NCBI GenBank assembly: GCA_964495675.1
Contig: CAZBWF010000001.1
Span: 3,114 to 29,929 of the forward strand
Reading direction: 5' to 3'
DNA from: an uncultured Gammaproteobacteria bacterium
GTDB lineage: Bacteria > Patescibacteriota > Patescibacteriia > UBA2169
Length of the DNA stretch: 26,816 nt
The notes beneath the pieces were generated by a model, which saw only the letters and a list, made by a program, of their open reading frames with translations, did not search any database and was not told the origin of the DNA. Of this stretch, positions 1 through 8,048 are shown piece by piece (position 1 is the stretch's first letter; each line of letters begins with the position of its first letter). The position numbers and the translations under genes were made by a program.

Positions 1-285
1 GGGCGCGGCTGCGACCGCGTGTTGTTGTTGAGAGAGCCGCTCGCTCGCCGCCTCTTCGTAGGCGGCGTCCTCAGCCACTATTTTCTCGGCGGTAATTTCC
101 AAAACCTGGTTCCGGTGGACGAGAAGGCCCTGGTCAAAAAGGTGCACAATGCCCGCGGGCTTAATTTGGTACTGGTAGATTGACTGGCTCTCAATTTCAA
201 AAATCAAACTCCCAACCTTGCCGAGCGGCCGGCCGCTTTTGGTTTCAACCGGAAGGCCAATAAGTTGTTCATGTGTTAGTAACAT
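1..285 (-). CDS. PRC-barrel domain protein, partial (runs off the left edge)
   Basis: Not in the ORF track; hand-translated from ATG at 285: MLLTHEQLIGLPVETKSGRPLGKVGSLIFEIESQSIYQYQIKPAGIVHLFDQGLLVHRNQVLEITAEKIVAEDAA... The 'LIGLPVETKSGRPLGKV' pattern is the PRC-barrel signature. No stop before position 1. Confidence 0.8.
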   Translation of the reverse strand, partial: MLLTHEQLIGLPVETKSGRPLGKVGSLIFEIESQSIYQYQIKPAGIVHLFDQGLLVHRNQVLEITAEKIVAEDAAYEEAASERLSQQQHAVAAAP

Positions 286-311
286 ATGTGGTGCGTGGGA
301 CGCTGTGTACC

Positions 312-448
312 CCGCGAATCTACAAATCAGCCACGAATCTACAAATACTATTTTTGATATGCGTTGTTTTTAGAAACAGCTCGCTGAATGAGATGATAGT
401 GCTTCTGGTATTTGTAGATTTGTACTTGATTCGTTGATTCGCGGATAC
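312..448. repeat. Nested direct and inverted repeat element between yidC and the PRC-barrel gene
   Basis: CGAATCTACAAAT at 315-327 and 334-346 (direct, 19-bp period). AATCTACAAATAC 336-348 is the reverse complement of 408-420. CCGCGAATC 312-320 is the reverse complement of 436-444. CGAATC 334-339 is the reverse complement of 428-433. Confidence 0.8.
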
Positions 449-1183
449 TTATTGGCTGTGTGCGGTTATCGAACCGGTGTTGCCATGTTTCCGCAGCACC
501 ACTATCTGCTGGATAAGCGTTATGAGCGTGTTGGTTGCCCAGTAGAGCATGAGCCCGCCCGGGAGAGTCGCGCCGATGAGTACGGTCACCGCAGGCATGA
601 GGTAGAGCATTTGCTTGTTCATGATGCTCGCCATGCTTTCGTCCCGCGAGCCCGGCACCAGGGGCTGTTTGTTGTGGGTGAGCATCTTGGTTTGGATGAA
701 CTGGAGCGCGCCAGCCACAATGGCGAGCGGAATGTTTCTTCCCGAGAGGTCTGAAAAGCCGAGGAACAACGTATCGACCGCTTCCGGCTGGGGGACAAAC
801 GCATAAAGCTTGTCCAAACTGCCGTTTCCGAGCCCATCCCGCAGAACTTGGTAGATGGCGATGAGGAATGGGAACTGCACCAAAAGCGGAAGGCAGGATG
901 AGAATGGGCTCACCTTTTCTTTTTTGTAGAGCGACATCATCTCGCGGCCCATCTGCTCCTTGTTGTCTTTGTGCCTTTCTTTGAGCTCGTTCACCTTGGG
1001 CTGGAGATCCTGGAGCGCTTTTTGGGAGCGGAGCGATTTTGCCGAGAGCGGCAGGAGAATGATTTTTACGGCCACCGTGAGCCCGATAATGGCCCAGCCA
1101 AAATCATTGCCTGGAATGGCGTTGTGGAGCCACACCAGGAGGTTTAAGATCGGCTGGGTGAAGAGGAGTTCAAATGGATTCAT
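449..1183 (-). CDS. yidC: Membrane protein insertase YidC/Oxa1 (short form, no large periplasmic domain)
   Basis: 244 aa; 'GWAIIGLTVAVKIILLPL', 'LQPKVNELKERHK', 'SSCLPLLVQFPFLIAIY', 'GLMLYWATN' motifs; downstream of rpmH-rnpA-yidD. Confidence 0.96.
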   Translation of the reverse strand: MNPFELLFTQPILNLLVWLHNAIPGNDFGWAIIGLTVAVKIILLPLSAKSLRSQKALQDLQPKVNELKERHKDNKEQMGREMMSLYKKEKVSPFSSCLPLLVQFPFLIAIYQVLRDGLGNGSLDKLYAFVPQPEAVDTLFLGFSDLSGRNIPLAIVAGALQFIQTKMLTHNKQPLVPGSRDESMASIMNKQMLYLMPAVTVLIGATLPGGLMLYWATNTLITLIQQIVVLRKHGNTGSITAHSQ

Positions 1184-1421
1184 GGGATTTTATTGCCGGG
1201 TCAAACCCGCCTTCGTGCCACGGATGACAGCGGAGAATGCGTTGCGCGCCCATCCGCGCTCCTTTCACTACGCCGAATGCCCCAATCGCATCATGGGTGT
1301 ATTGGGAGCAGGTGGGTCGGTAGATGCACGCGCCATGCGGAAAGAAAAATCTTAGTACCCCGTGGTCCGGGGACAAGGTTTTTTGGTAGGCGCGGATGAG
1401 AATAAGGGCGGCTGATTTCAT
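1170..1421 (-). CDS. yidD: Membrane protein insertion efficiency factor YidD
   Basis: 83 aa; 'YQKTLSP', 'CIYRPTCSQY', 'RILRCHPWHEGGFDP'; lies between rnpA and yidC. Confidence 0.95.
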   Translation of the reverse strand: MKSAALILIRAYQKTLSPDHGVLRFFFPHGACIYRPTCSQYTHDAIGAFGVVKGARMGAQRILRCHPWHEGGFDPAIKSHESI

Positions 1422-1759
1422 ATAAGACGCGCTTTTTTAAATAGTTTTATGGTCAGCGCTCTCAAGTCCTCGTACGATACTGCTAACAGCCCTTTTTTAG
1501 TGAGCAGTATTCCATCATACCCTGCTTTTGCCTGCGGCAGGATGTCGCGTCGCACAATTTCCCGCAGGCGCCTTTTTAAGGTGTTGCGCTCCACGGCCTT
1601 TTTGGAAACCTTGAGCGACGCCACCACGCTAAACCGCGATATTGGCAGATTGTTTTTTGCGGCGCGCAAACCTAATTCGCCGGCGTACGCGGAGCGGCCC
1701 CGCTTAAAGACGCGCTCAATGTCAGCTCGTTTTGCGAGGCGGTTGGGTGCGGCGAGCAT
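1418..1759 (-). CDS. rnpA: Ribonuclease P protein component
   Basis: 113 aa basic protein; 'KVSKKAVERNTLKRRLREI' RNR-type motif; directly after rpmH; stop overlaps the yidD start (ATGA). Confidence 0.95.
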   Translation of the reverse strand: MLAAPNRLAKRADIERVFKRGRSAYAGELGLRAAKNNLPISRFSVVASLKVSKKAVERNTLKRRLREIVRRDILPQAKAGYDGILLTKKGLLAVSYEDLRALTIKLFKKARLI

Positions 1760-1771
1760 AGCGAAAAAATA

Positions 1772-1912
1772 TTAAACCGTCAGGCGCTTCCGCCCCTTTG
1801 CCGCTCGGCGCTTCAACACTTTGCGTCCGCCTTTGGTCGCTTTCCGCGCGCGGTAGCCGTGCGTCCGCGCCCGCTTCCGTTTCTTTGGCTGGTAGGTTCG
1901 TTTGGTAGACAT
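1772..1912 (-). CDS. rpmH: 50S ribosomal protein L34
   Basis: Missed by the ORF track; hand-translated [46 protein letters not shown] (46 aa). Confidence 0.97.
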   Translation of the reverse strand: MSTKRTYQPKKRKRARTHGYRARKATKGGRKVLKRRAAKGRKRLTV

Positions 1913-1925
1913 AATCGGTAAAGAG

Positions 1926-1954
1926 TTTGTAACAGATACAGAGTATCACGTCAA
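1926..1954 (-). promoter_or_regulatory. Putative sigma70 promoter of the rpmH-rnpA-yidD-yidC operon
   Basis: Minus strand TTGACG-N17-TACAAA with TG upstream of the -10; the -10 is imperfect at its last base. Confidence 0.5.
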
Positions 1955-1980
1955 TGGCCAATAAACAAGTCCGCGCGATT

Positions 1981-2736
1981 TTATGACCGCACCCCAATGC
2001 CCCACAAAAATTCAAAAATCTGTTTTAAACTGAATGCCAGATCCGGGGAATGAATAATATACGCCACCCCTTCTTTGCGCGTTGAAATAAGCCCAATGTT
2101 GTTTCCGTAAATATAGATGCTGGCTTTGAGGTCCACATATTCCGGAAAGTAGCGGATTTGCCGGAGGTAGGGGGTTTGTTCGTTAAAGATGGGCTCGTTG
2201 TGGACGGTTTTTAATTTTACGCGCACCGAACGCGCATGTAGGCCTTTGGCTACGCGGCGCTTAACCCATTTTTTAATGTAGGTTGTATCGACGGTTTGGA
2301 GCGTGAGTTCGGAGGGGGAAAAATAAACGTATTCTTTTTTGGCTTTTTGGAGGATATCTTCATACACCTCGCGCGCGGCCAGCGGGCCTTGGAACAGGCG
2401 CACAAAAGGCGCTTCGGTTTTGTCCGCATAGAGCGCCAGAAAATCCGGGAGCAAATCCTTAAGCTCCTGCCGTTGCGCTTCAAATTTTTTGTAGAGTTCT
2501 TTTGGGGGAAGTGCGGCAAATGATTTTCGTTTGCCATGAAAAACCGTTTTGATAAGTCCGCGCTCTTCCAGCGCGCGCAGATTGTCGTACACCGCGGTGC
2601 GGCCGATTTTAAGGTCGCCGGCCAGCTCCTTTGCCGAGGACTCTCCGCGGCCAAGCGCGGCCAAGTACAGCCGGCTGCGCTGTTCGTCCAGCCCCGCAGC
2701 GGTAAGCCAGGAGATAAGATTAGTATTCATATTCAA
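1981..2736 (-). CDS. TrmB-family transcriptional regulator (N-terminal wHTH, C-terminal effector domain); start at 2736 or 2730
   Basis: 'SAKELAGDLKIGRTAVYDNLRALEERGLI' helix-turn-helix; C-terminal 'IYIYGNNIGLIS...AYIIHSPDLAFSLKQIFEFLW' typical of TrmB-like proteins. Confidence 0.85.
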   Translation of the reverse strand: MNMNTNLISWLTAAGLDEQRSRLYLAALGRGESSAKELAGDLKIGRTAVYDNLRALEERGLIKTVFHGKRKSFAALPPKELYKKFEAQRQELKDLLPDFLALYADKTEAPFVRLFQGPLAAREVYEDILQKAKKEYVYFSPSELTLQTVDTTYIKKWVKRRVAKGLHARSVRVKLKTVHNEPIFNEQTPYLRQIRYFPEYVDLKASIYIYGNNIGLISTRKEGVAYIIHSPDLAFSLKQIFEFLWGIGVRS

Positions 2737-2760
2737 TTATTTTTGACAAAAAGAGTAAAT

Positions 2761-2779
2761 AATATTAGCCAATATTAGC
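2761..2779. repeat. Tandem AATATTAGC repeat in the AT-rich divergent promoter region between trmB and ansA
   Basis: AATATTAGC at 2761-2769 and 2771-2779 (10-bp period). Confidence 0.5.
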
Positions 2780-2892
2780 AATTTATTTATAAAAAATAAA
2801 ATCCTTTCAAGAATACTTTACCGTATTTTGGTGATTTTGTACAGTGCTTAATAACAAATATAACAACGAACCTTAACAATAGGGAGGAAGGC

Positions 2893-3933
2893 ATGAGCTC
2901 AAAGCTGAAAGTATTGATTTTGGGACACGGAGGAACGATTGCCATGGTTCCGGGCAGTGATGGCACGCTCAAGCCCGCCAAAACCATCGAGGAGATTCTC
3001 AGGATTGTCCCGACACTGCAAGAGATGGCTGATGTGAGCTTCCGACAGCTCGAGAACAGAGATAGCACAAACATTAACCCGAGCCATTGGACTAAACTTG
3101 CCATGGAGATTGCCGGGATTGAGGGCGCATGTGATGGTGTTATGGTGACTCACGGCACAGACACCATGGCCTACACCGCGAGCGCTGTGGCCTTGGCCTT
3201 GGGGCCAGGGTTGCGGGTTCCAGTGGTGTTTACTGGCTCGCAACTGCCGCTGATTGAACACGGAACAGATGCCAGGTTTAATCTGGAAAATTCGATGAAG
3301 ACCATCATCGAGGCGCATCGCGTTGGCGCGGTTGAGGTTATGATTGTGTTTAGCCATTCCGTGCTCCGTGCGAGCCGTTCCATCAAGACAAGCGAAGCGC
3401 GGTTTGACGCCTTTGATTCTCCGGCATTTCCGCATCTGGCCGAGATTACGGCTGTGGGGGTATCGTTTATCCCCCAGGCATTCAAGAAGGGAGCAGGGGC
3501 GTGGGGCGCTGGTGAGATTCAGCCGCACTTCCAACGCGGCATTCTCTCGGTGGAGATTGTGCCCGGATTAGAGCCAGGCATTCTCATAGAGATGCTTGGT
3601 TCCGGGAAGTGCCAAGGGCTCTTATTGAAGTCGCTCGGATCTGGCAATGTTCCGTCTAAAGACGAATACTCGCTGATCCCGGTGATTGAGGCGGCCACGC
3701 GGAAATTCAAGGTGCCGGTGCTCGTCGCCACCAAGTTCGTGGGCGGCAATACGCACATGGACATCTACGAGCCCGGGAAATTGGCGCTGGAGGCGGGCGC
3801 TATTCCAACTGGTGATATGACCGATGTTATGGCGCAAGTGAAGTTCATGTGGGCTCTGGCACAGGGGCATCGTTCACCCGACGAATTGCGGAAAGTGATA
3901 ACCACAAGTTTCGTCGGCGAAATCACGGCATAA
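2893..3933 (+). CDS. ansA: L-asparaginase, type I (cytoplasmic)
   Basis: 346 aa; 'GGTI', 'DST', 'HGTDTM', 'VFTGSQ' catalytic motifs; 'KTSEARFDAFDS'; no signal peptide; GGAGG Shine-Dalgarno upstream. Confidence 0.92.
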   Translation: MSSKLKVLILGHGGTIAMVPGSDGTLKPAKTIEEILRIVPTLQEMADVSFRQLENRDSTNINPSHWTKLAMEIAGIEGACDGVMVTHGTDTMAYTASAVALALGPGLRVPVVFTGSQLPLIEHGTDARFNLENSMKTIIEAHRVGAVEVMIVFSHSVLRASRSIKTSEARFDAFDSPAFPHLAEITAVGVSFIPQAFKKGAGAWGAGEIQPHFQRGILSVEIVPGLEPGILIEMLGSGKCQGLLLKSLGSGNVPSKDEYSLIPVIEAATRKFKVPVLVATKFVGGNTHMDIYEPGKLALEAGAIPTGDMTDVMAQVKFMWALAQGHRSPDELRKVITTSFVGEITA

Positions 3934-3953
3934 CCGTTATCGTGCACAAACAA

Positions 3954-3998
3954 AAGAGGGTGTCCAGTTCGTGGACACCCTCTTCTTTATTTAATTTT
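3954..3998. terminator. Probable bidirectional intrinsic terminator between convergent ansA and gyrA
   Basis: 13-bp perfect stem AAGAGGGTGTCCA (3954-3966) / TGGACACCCTCTT (3972-3984), loop GTTCG; T-rich on the right, A-rich on the left. Confidence 0.88.
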
Positions 3999-3999
3999 A

Positions 4000-6504
4000 T
4001 TACACCAAGGCCACGCTGGAAACGCGGTCGCCCTCTTCCTTGAGACGCATGATACGCACGCCCTGCGTGGCGCGGCCCAACGTGGAAATGGATTTGAGCG
4101 TGGTGCGGATGGTTTGGCCTTTATCGGAAATGGCGATGATGTCGCCTTTCACATGGTCAACCGGTTCTTTGGGCGCGAGCATGGCCGCAACCAGCTTGCC
4201 GGTTTTGGGCGTTACCTGCAGGGTTTTGATGCCCGAGCCGCCGCGCGTCTGCACCTTATACTCGGAGAGCGCGCTCTTTTTGCCGTACCCCTTTTCGGAA
4301 ACAGCCAGGAAGAGGAAGTCGCTGGCCTGCTTGGGCTTGAGCACATCCATGCCCACCACTTCGTCCTCGCCTTTGAGGCGGATGCCGCGAACGCCGGAGG
4401 CGGCGCGCCCCATGGGCCGTATGCCTTTTTCACTGAAGCGGATGGCTTGGCCGCCGCGCGAGGCAAGCAGAACCTCGTCATCGCCGCCCGAGGAGCGGAC
4501 CCATTCCAGCGCGTCTCCGTTTTTGAGCTTGATGGCAATCAAGCCGGAGCGGCGCACATTGGCAAAATCCTCGATGGAAACCTTTTTAATCACGCCCTTG
4601 CGCGTCACCATTGCCAAGTATTTCCGGTCTTTGTCCAAATTATCCAACGAGAAGACGGCATTCACTTTTTCTTCGCCCGACACCTGCAAAAAGTTCACCA
4701 GCGAAGAGCCCTTGGCCGTGCGGCTTGCGGCCGGCACGTCGTAGCCCTTCAATTGGAACACGCGGCCGCGGTTGGTGAAGAAGAGGAGATTTGCGTGCGT
4801 GGTTGCGGTAAAGAACATTTCAACCGCGTCTTCTTCCTTGGTGGTAAGCCCGATGACGCCCTTGCCCCCGCGGCTTTGCGTGCGGAATGTGTCCGGCGGC
4901 AGGCGCTTAATGTAGCCGTCGCGCGTTATCACCACCACAATTGATTCATCCGGAATCAAATCCTCCTGCGAGAATGTGTCCACTGCGCCTGCCACAATCT
5001 TGGTGCGCCGCCGCGACCCGTACTTTGTTTTGAGTTCGGCAAGCTCGCCCTTGATGAGCGCGAGCATCTTCTTGGGGCTCGCAAGAATTTCTTCCAACCC
5101 CTTGATGAGTATGCGCTTTTCCTTGAGCTCATCCTCCAGGCGTTGCCGCTCCAAATTAGCAAGCTGGGAAAGGCGCATGTCCAGAATCGCGTTGGCCTGC
5201 GCTTCGGTGAATTTGAACTGCTTCACGAGGCCCGCGCGGGCCGCGTCCCGGTCTTTGGATTTTTTGATGAGGGCAATGACCTTGTCAATGATGTCAATGG
5301 CTTTCACGAGCCCTTCCAGAATGTGCGCCCGCTCCTTTGCCCGCGCCAAATCAAATTCGCTCCGGCGGCGCACTACCTCGCGCCGGTGCTTAAGAAATTC
5401 GCTCAAGCAATCTTTCAACGTCAGCACGCGCGGCTGAATGCCGTCCACCAACGAGAGCATGTTCACGTGGAACGTGGCCTGCAGCGCGGTGAGCTTGAAG
5501 AGTCGGTTCAGAATTTTCTGGGGGTAGGTGTCTTTTTTGAGCTCAATCACAATGCGCACGCCATCTTTGTCCGACTCATCCCGCAAATCGCGGATGCCCT
5601 CCACCTTTTTATCTTTCACCAGTTCCGCGATTTTGGCGATGAGATCCGCCTTGTTCGTCTGGTAGGGGACTTCAGTGACAATAATGCTGTGCCCCCCGCC
5701 TTTGGCCTCCACAATGTCGGTCACGCCGCGCATCACAATGCCGCCGCGGCCGTAAGCGTAGGCCTGCTCAATGTCCGCGCGATTATAGATGATGCCGCCG
5801 GTGGGGAAATCCGGCCCTTTGATGATTTTGGAGAGTTCTCCGACCGTGATATCCGGATTGTCAATCAGAGCGGCAATGCCGTCCACGAGTTCGCCTAGGT
5901 TGTGCGGCGGGACGTTGGTGGCCATGCCTACGGCAATGCCGAGCGTGCCGTTCAGAAGGAGGTTGGGAAGCTTGGAGGGCAGTACGCGCGGCTCCTCTTG
6001 AGTGCCGTCGTAGTTTGGCATAAAGTCCACGGTATCCTTTTCGATATCGTAGAGCATCTCCTCGGAAAGCCGCGAAAGCTTGGCTTCGGTGTACCGCATG
6101 GCCGCGGCGCCATCGCCATCCATGGACCCGAAGTTTCCCTGTCCCGCAATGAGCGGATCGCGCATGGAAAAATCCTGCGCCAGGCGGACGAGCGAATCAT
6201 ACACCGCCACGTCGCCGTGCGGGTGGTATTTGCCCAGCACCTCGCCAACCACGGTCGCGCTCTTGCGGAATTTTCCCCCTGCTTTCAGGCCCAAGGTCCA
6301 CATGGCATAGAGAATCCGGCGGTGCACCGGCTTTAAGCCGTCTCGGACATCCGGCAAGGCGCGCGAAACAATCACGGACATGGCGTAGTCAAGGTACGAC
6401 TGCTGCATTTCGTCCACAATGGGCCGTTCGATGATCCGGTCCGCGGCCCCATGCGCGGGCGGCGCGTTTTTCGGCGCTTCGGTTGTTGTTTTTTTGGTTG
6501 GCAT
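4000..6504 (-). CDS. gyrA: DNA gyrase subunit A
   Basis: 834 aa; '[16 protein letters not shown]', 'YHPHGD', catalytic 'AAMRYTE'; GyrA-box-like 'QSRGGKG' and six beta-pinwheel repeats favour GyrA over ParC. Confidence 0.97.
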   Translation of the reverse strand: MPTKKTTTEAPKNAPPAHGAADRIIERPIVDEMQQSYLDYAMSVIVSRALPDVRDGLKPVHRRILYAMWTLGLKAGGKFRKSATVVGEVLGKYHPHGDVAVYDSLVRLAQDFSMRDPLIAGQGNFGSMDGDGAAAMRYTEAKLSRLSEEMLYDIEKDTVDFMPNYDGTQEEPRVLPSKLPNLLLNGTLGIAVGMATNVPPHNLGELVDGIAALIDNPDITVGELSKIIKGPDFPTGGIIYNRADIEQAYAYGRGGIVMRGVTDIVEAKGGGHSIIVTEVPYQTNKADLIAKIAELVKDKKVEGIRDLRDESDKDGVRIVIELKKDTYPQKILNRLFKLTALQATFHVNMLSLVDGIQPRVLTLKDCLSEFLKHRREVVRRRSEFDLARAKERAHILEGLVKAIDIIDKVIALIKKSKDRDAARAGLVKQFKFTEAQANAILDMRLSQLANLERQRLEDELKEKRILIKGLEEILASPKKMLALIKGELAELKTKYGSRRRTKIVAGAVDTFSQEDLIPDESIVVVITRDGYIKRLPPDTFRTQSRGGKGVIGLTTKEEDAVEMFFTATTHANLLFFTNRGRVFQLKGYDVPAASRTAKGSSLVNFLQVSGEEKVNAVFSLDNLDKDRKYLAMVTRKGVIKKVSIEDFANVRRSGLIAIKLKNGDALEWVRSSGGDDEVLLASRGGQAIRFSEKGIRPMGRAASGVRGIRLKGEDEVVGMDVLKPKQASDFLFLAVSEKGYGKKSALSEYKVQTRGGSGIKTLQVTPKTGKLVAAMLAPKEPVDHVKGDIIAISDKGQTIRTTLKSISTLGRATQGVRIMRLKEEGDRVSSVALV

Positions 6505-6800
6505 TATCGCTCTATCGCATCTCCGAACACGCGCGCCCCGAGTGTTTCAATGTCCGGATGCTCCGGAAGTCCGGGCCGCGCATCTTCGTTTTTAAAAATG
6601 TTCACAATTGACCGTATGCGGCCAGACATGCTGGAGAACGATGCTGTGTTTGCCGTTTCCTCGGCTCGCTTGAGTGTCCGCGGCGCGAGCAGGAGCGCCC
6701 AGAGCGCCAGGACAACGAGCGCGGTTACAGCAACCGGAACCGCGAGCTTGCGGCGGCTGGCGCCGCGTTCGTGCGGCGCATGTTTTTTTACGCTATCCAT
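6504..6800 (-). CDS. Small single-pass membrane hypothetical protein
   Basis: 98 aa, basic N-terminus then hydrophobic '[21 protein letters not shown]'; stop overlaps the gyrA start (TAATG), which suggests translational coupling. Confidence 0.7.
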   Translation of the reverse strand: MDSVKKHAPHERGASRRKLAVPVAVTALVVLALWALLLAPRTLKRAEETANTASFSSMSGRIRSIVNIFKNEDARPGLPEHPDIETLGARVFGDAIER

Positions 6801-7384
6801 ATAATCTCCATGGTGTCTTGCGGCAGGTCTTTTTTGGAAATTTTTGCCCGCTCAACGGGTTGAGCCGCGCTCCCCATTTCCTTAAGGAATGATTCAATTT
6901 TATCATATTTTGTCTTGAGTTTGGGGTGGGCGAAGTGCATGGGAATGACCACGCGCGGCTCAAGCTCCGCCACGAGTTTTGCCGCGGCTTTCGCATTGAG
7001 CACGTCCCCGCCGCCCACAGGCACGAGGAGAATATCCGTGCCTTCGAAGCGCTCAACTTCGGGCGCGGAGAGTTCGCGGTTGAGGGAACCGAGGTGTGCC
7101 ACGGTCATGCCCTCGGCCGAGAGCATGGTAGCGGGCGGCTTGCCCGCGCAGTAAAAAAATACGCCCGAGGATTCGTACTCGCCGGGCCCGCTGATGACAA
7201 AGAGCCGCTCGTTTTCGCTTGCGCTCTCAATGTTGATTTCATCTTCAGGCGCTTCCAAAACCGCCACGCTGGCTTTCATGCGGCTCGCCGGGAGTTCGCT
7301 TTTGCGGTGGGGCGGGGAGAGCAGAATCGTGGCTCGGTCGGTTTGAATTTTGACTCCGGATAATCCGAGAAGCTCAAGGTGCAT
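6788..7384 (-). CDS. Metallo-beta-lactamase-fold protein (degenerate metal motif); own start proposed at 7384
   Basis: MHLELLGLSGVKIQ..., 'GPGEYE', 'AHLGSL', 'DILLVPVGGG', 'EPRVVIPMHF' match a common MBL-fold family. It forms the C-terminal 198 aa of the 388-aa track ORF. Confidence 0.8.
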   Translation of the reverse strand: MHLELLGLSGVKIQTDRATILLSPPHRKSELPASRMKASVAVLEAPEDEINIESASENERLFVISGPGEYESSGVFFYCAGKPPATMLSAEGMTVAHLGSLNRELSAPEVERFEGTDILLVPVGGGDVLNAKAAAKLVAELEPRVVIPMHFAHPKLKTKYDKIESFLKEMGSAAQPVERAKISKKDLPQDTMEIIWIA

Positions 7385-7954
7385 ACGGGGAGGTAAGCAA
7401 TAAAAAAGTGCTCTGCCAAGCACTTGTATACTACCATTTTTTAGCCAAAAGTAAAGTCCGGCATCATCCAATGTCAGGGGCTCTCGGCTCATTTTTTGAA
7501 CTGCTTTCGAGCCGCTCAAATCCGGCTGTGGCAAGGTCAATGCGCTGTGCACTTTTTTCAGGAACTCGGCGGAATCAACGTGTTTTTTTACACCATTTTT
7601 CGGCGCGCTTGCTTGCGCCACCCCAAATGCGGATTTGATGTTCGACCAGAGTCCGCCCGGCGCACTGGGCGGGTTTTGCGCTTCATCGGGAGCACCCTCG
7701 GTTTTAATGTGTTTTTCAATACTGCTTCGCAATCCATATCCGCTCTTGCCGCCCTTTTCTATGGCAATGCCGCGCTCCTCGGCCCGCCTGATGGCTCCTG
7801 CCACCACCTCCTTGAGTTTTTGCTCGTTCGTAATGGTTCGTTTTGAGTACCCCGTAATTTCTTTGCCGAAGAGCTTTTTGGCTTGGTCGGTTGAAATGCC
7901 CGTTTTGTCGGCAAATCCTTTTATGAGATCTTCGTGGTGCAGGTTGAGCGGCAT
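7385..7954 (-). CDS. Hypothetical protein; reading frame runs without a stop into the MBL-fold gene (true 3' end uncertain)
   Basis: MPLNLHHEDLIKGFADK... hydrophilic Lys/Ala-rich sequence with a promoter-like motif just upstream. No in-frame stop before 6788; see findings. Confidence 0.55.
7402..7436 (-). promoter_or_regulatory. Extended -10-like motif plus terminator-like hairpin inside the 388-aa ORF
   Basis: Minus strand TGgTAGTAT (7436-7428), then stem AAGTGCT/AGCACTT (7406-7425) followed by TTTT, just upstream of ATG 7384. Confidence 0.45.
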
Positions 7955-7963
7955 AGTCCTGGT

Positions 7964-7972
7964 ATTGTACCA
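7964..7972 (-). promoter_or_regulatory. Extended -10 element for the 7954 gene (near-leaderless)
   Basis: Minus strand TGgTACAAT ending 9 nt before the ATG at 7954. Confidence 0.6.
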
Positions 7973-7985
7973 TTCGCGCCTCGAC

Positions 7986-8014
7986 TTGCAAAAATACTCC
8001 TTTTTATATATACT
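7986..8014 (+). promoter_or_regulatory. sigma70-type promoter of rpsA-ftsH
   Basis: TTGCAA (7986-7991)-N17-TATACT (8009-8014). Confidence 0.7.
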
Positions 8015-8048
8015 AAGGCCTGCTTTATCATTAACTTAATCATTAAGT

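Noticed and set aside
315-346. CGAATCTACAAAT direct repeat as a CRISPR array
   Set aside because: Only two 13-bp units with a 6-nt gap, far below CRISPR dimensions, and no cas genes in the window.
1722-2015. 97-aa minus-strand track ORF over the rpmH region
   Set aside because: The real gene is the 46-aa L34 in another frame (1772-1912).
2893-3933. Assignment as GatD amidotransferase subunit or secreted type II asparaginase
   Set aside because: No N-terminal GatD extension and no signal peptide; length and motifs fit type I.
4040-6336. Long plus-strand ORFs (234, 276, 251, 153, 144 aa) opposite gyrA
   Set aside because: Antisense shadows of a GC-rich conserved gene; no motifs or initiation signals.
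4000-6504. Assignment as ParC (topoisomerase IV)
   Set aside because: A GyrA-box-like QSRGGKG and a full six-blade C-terminal domain are present.
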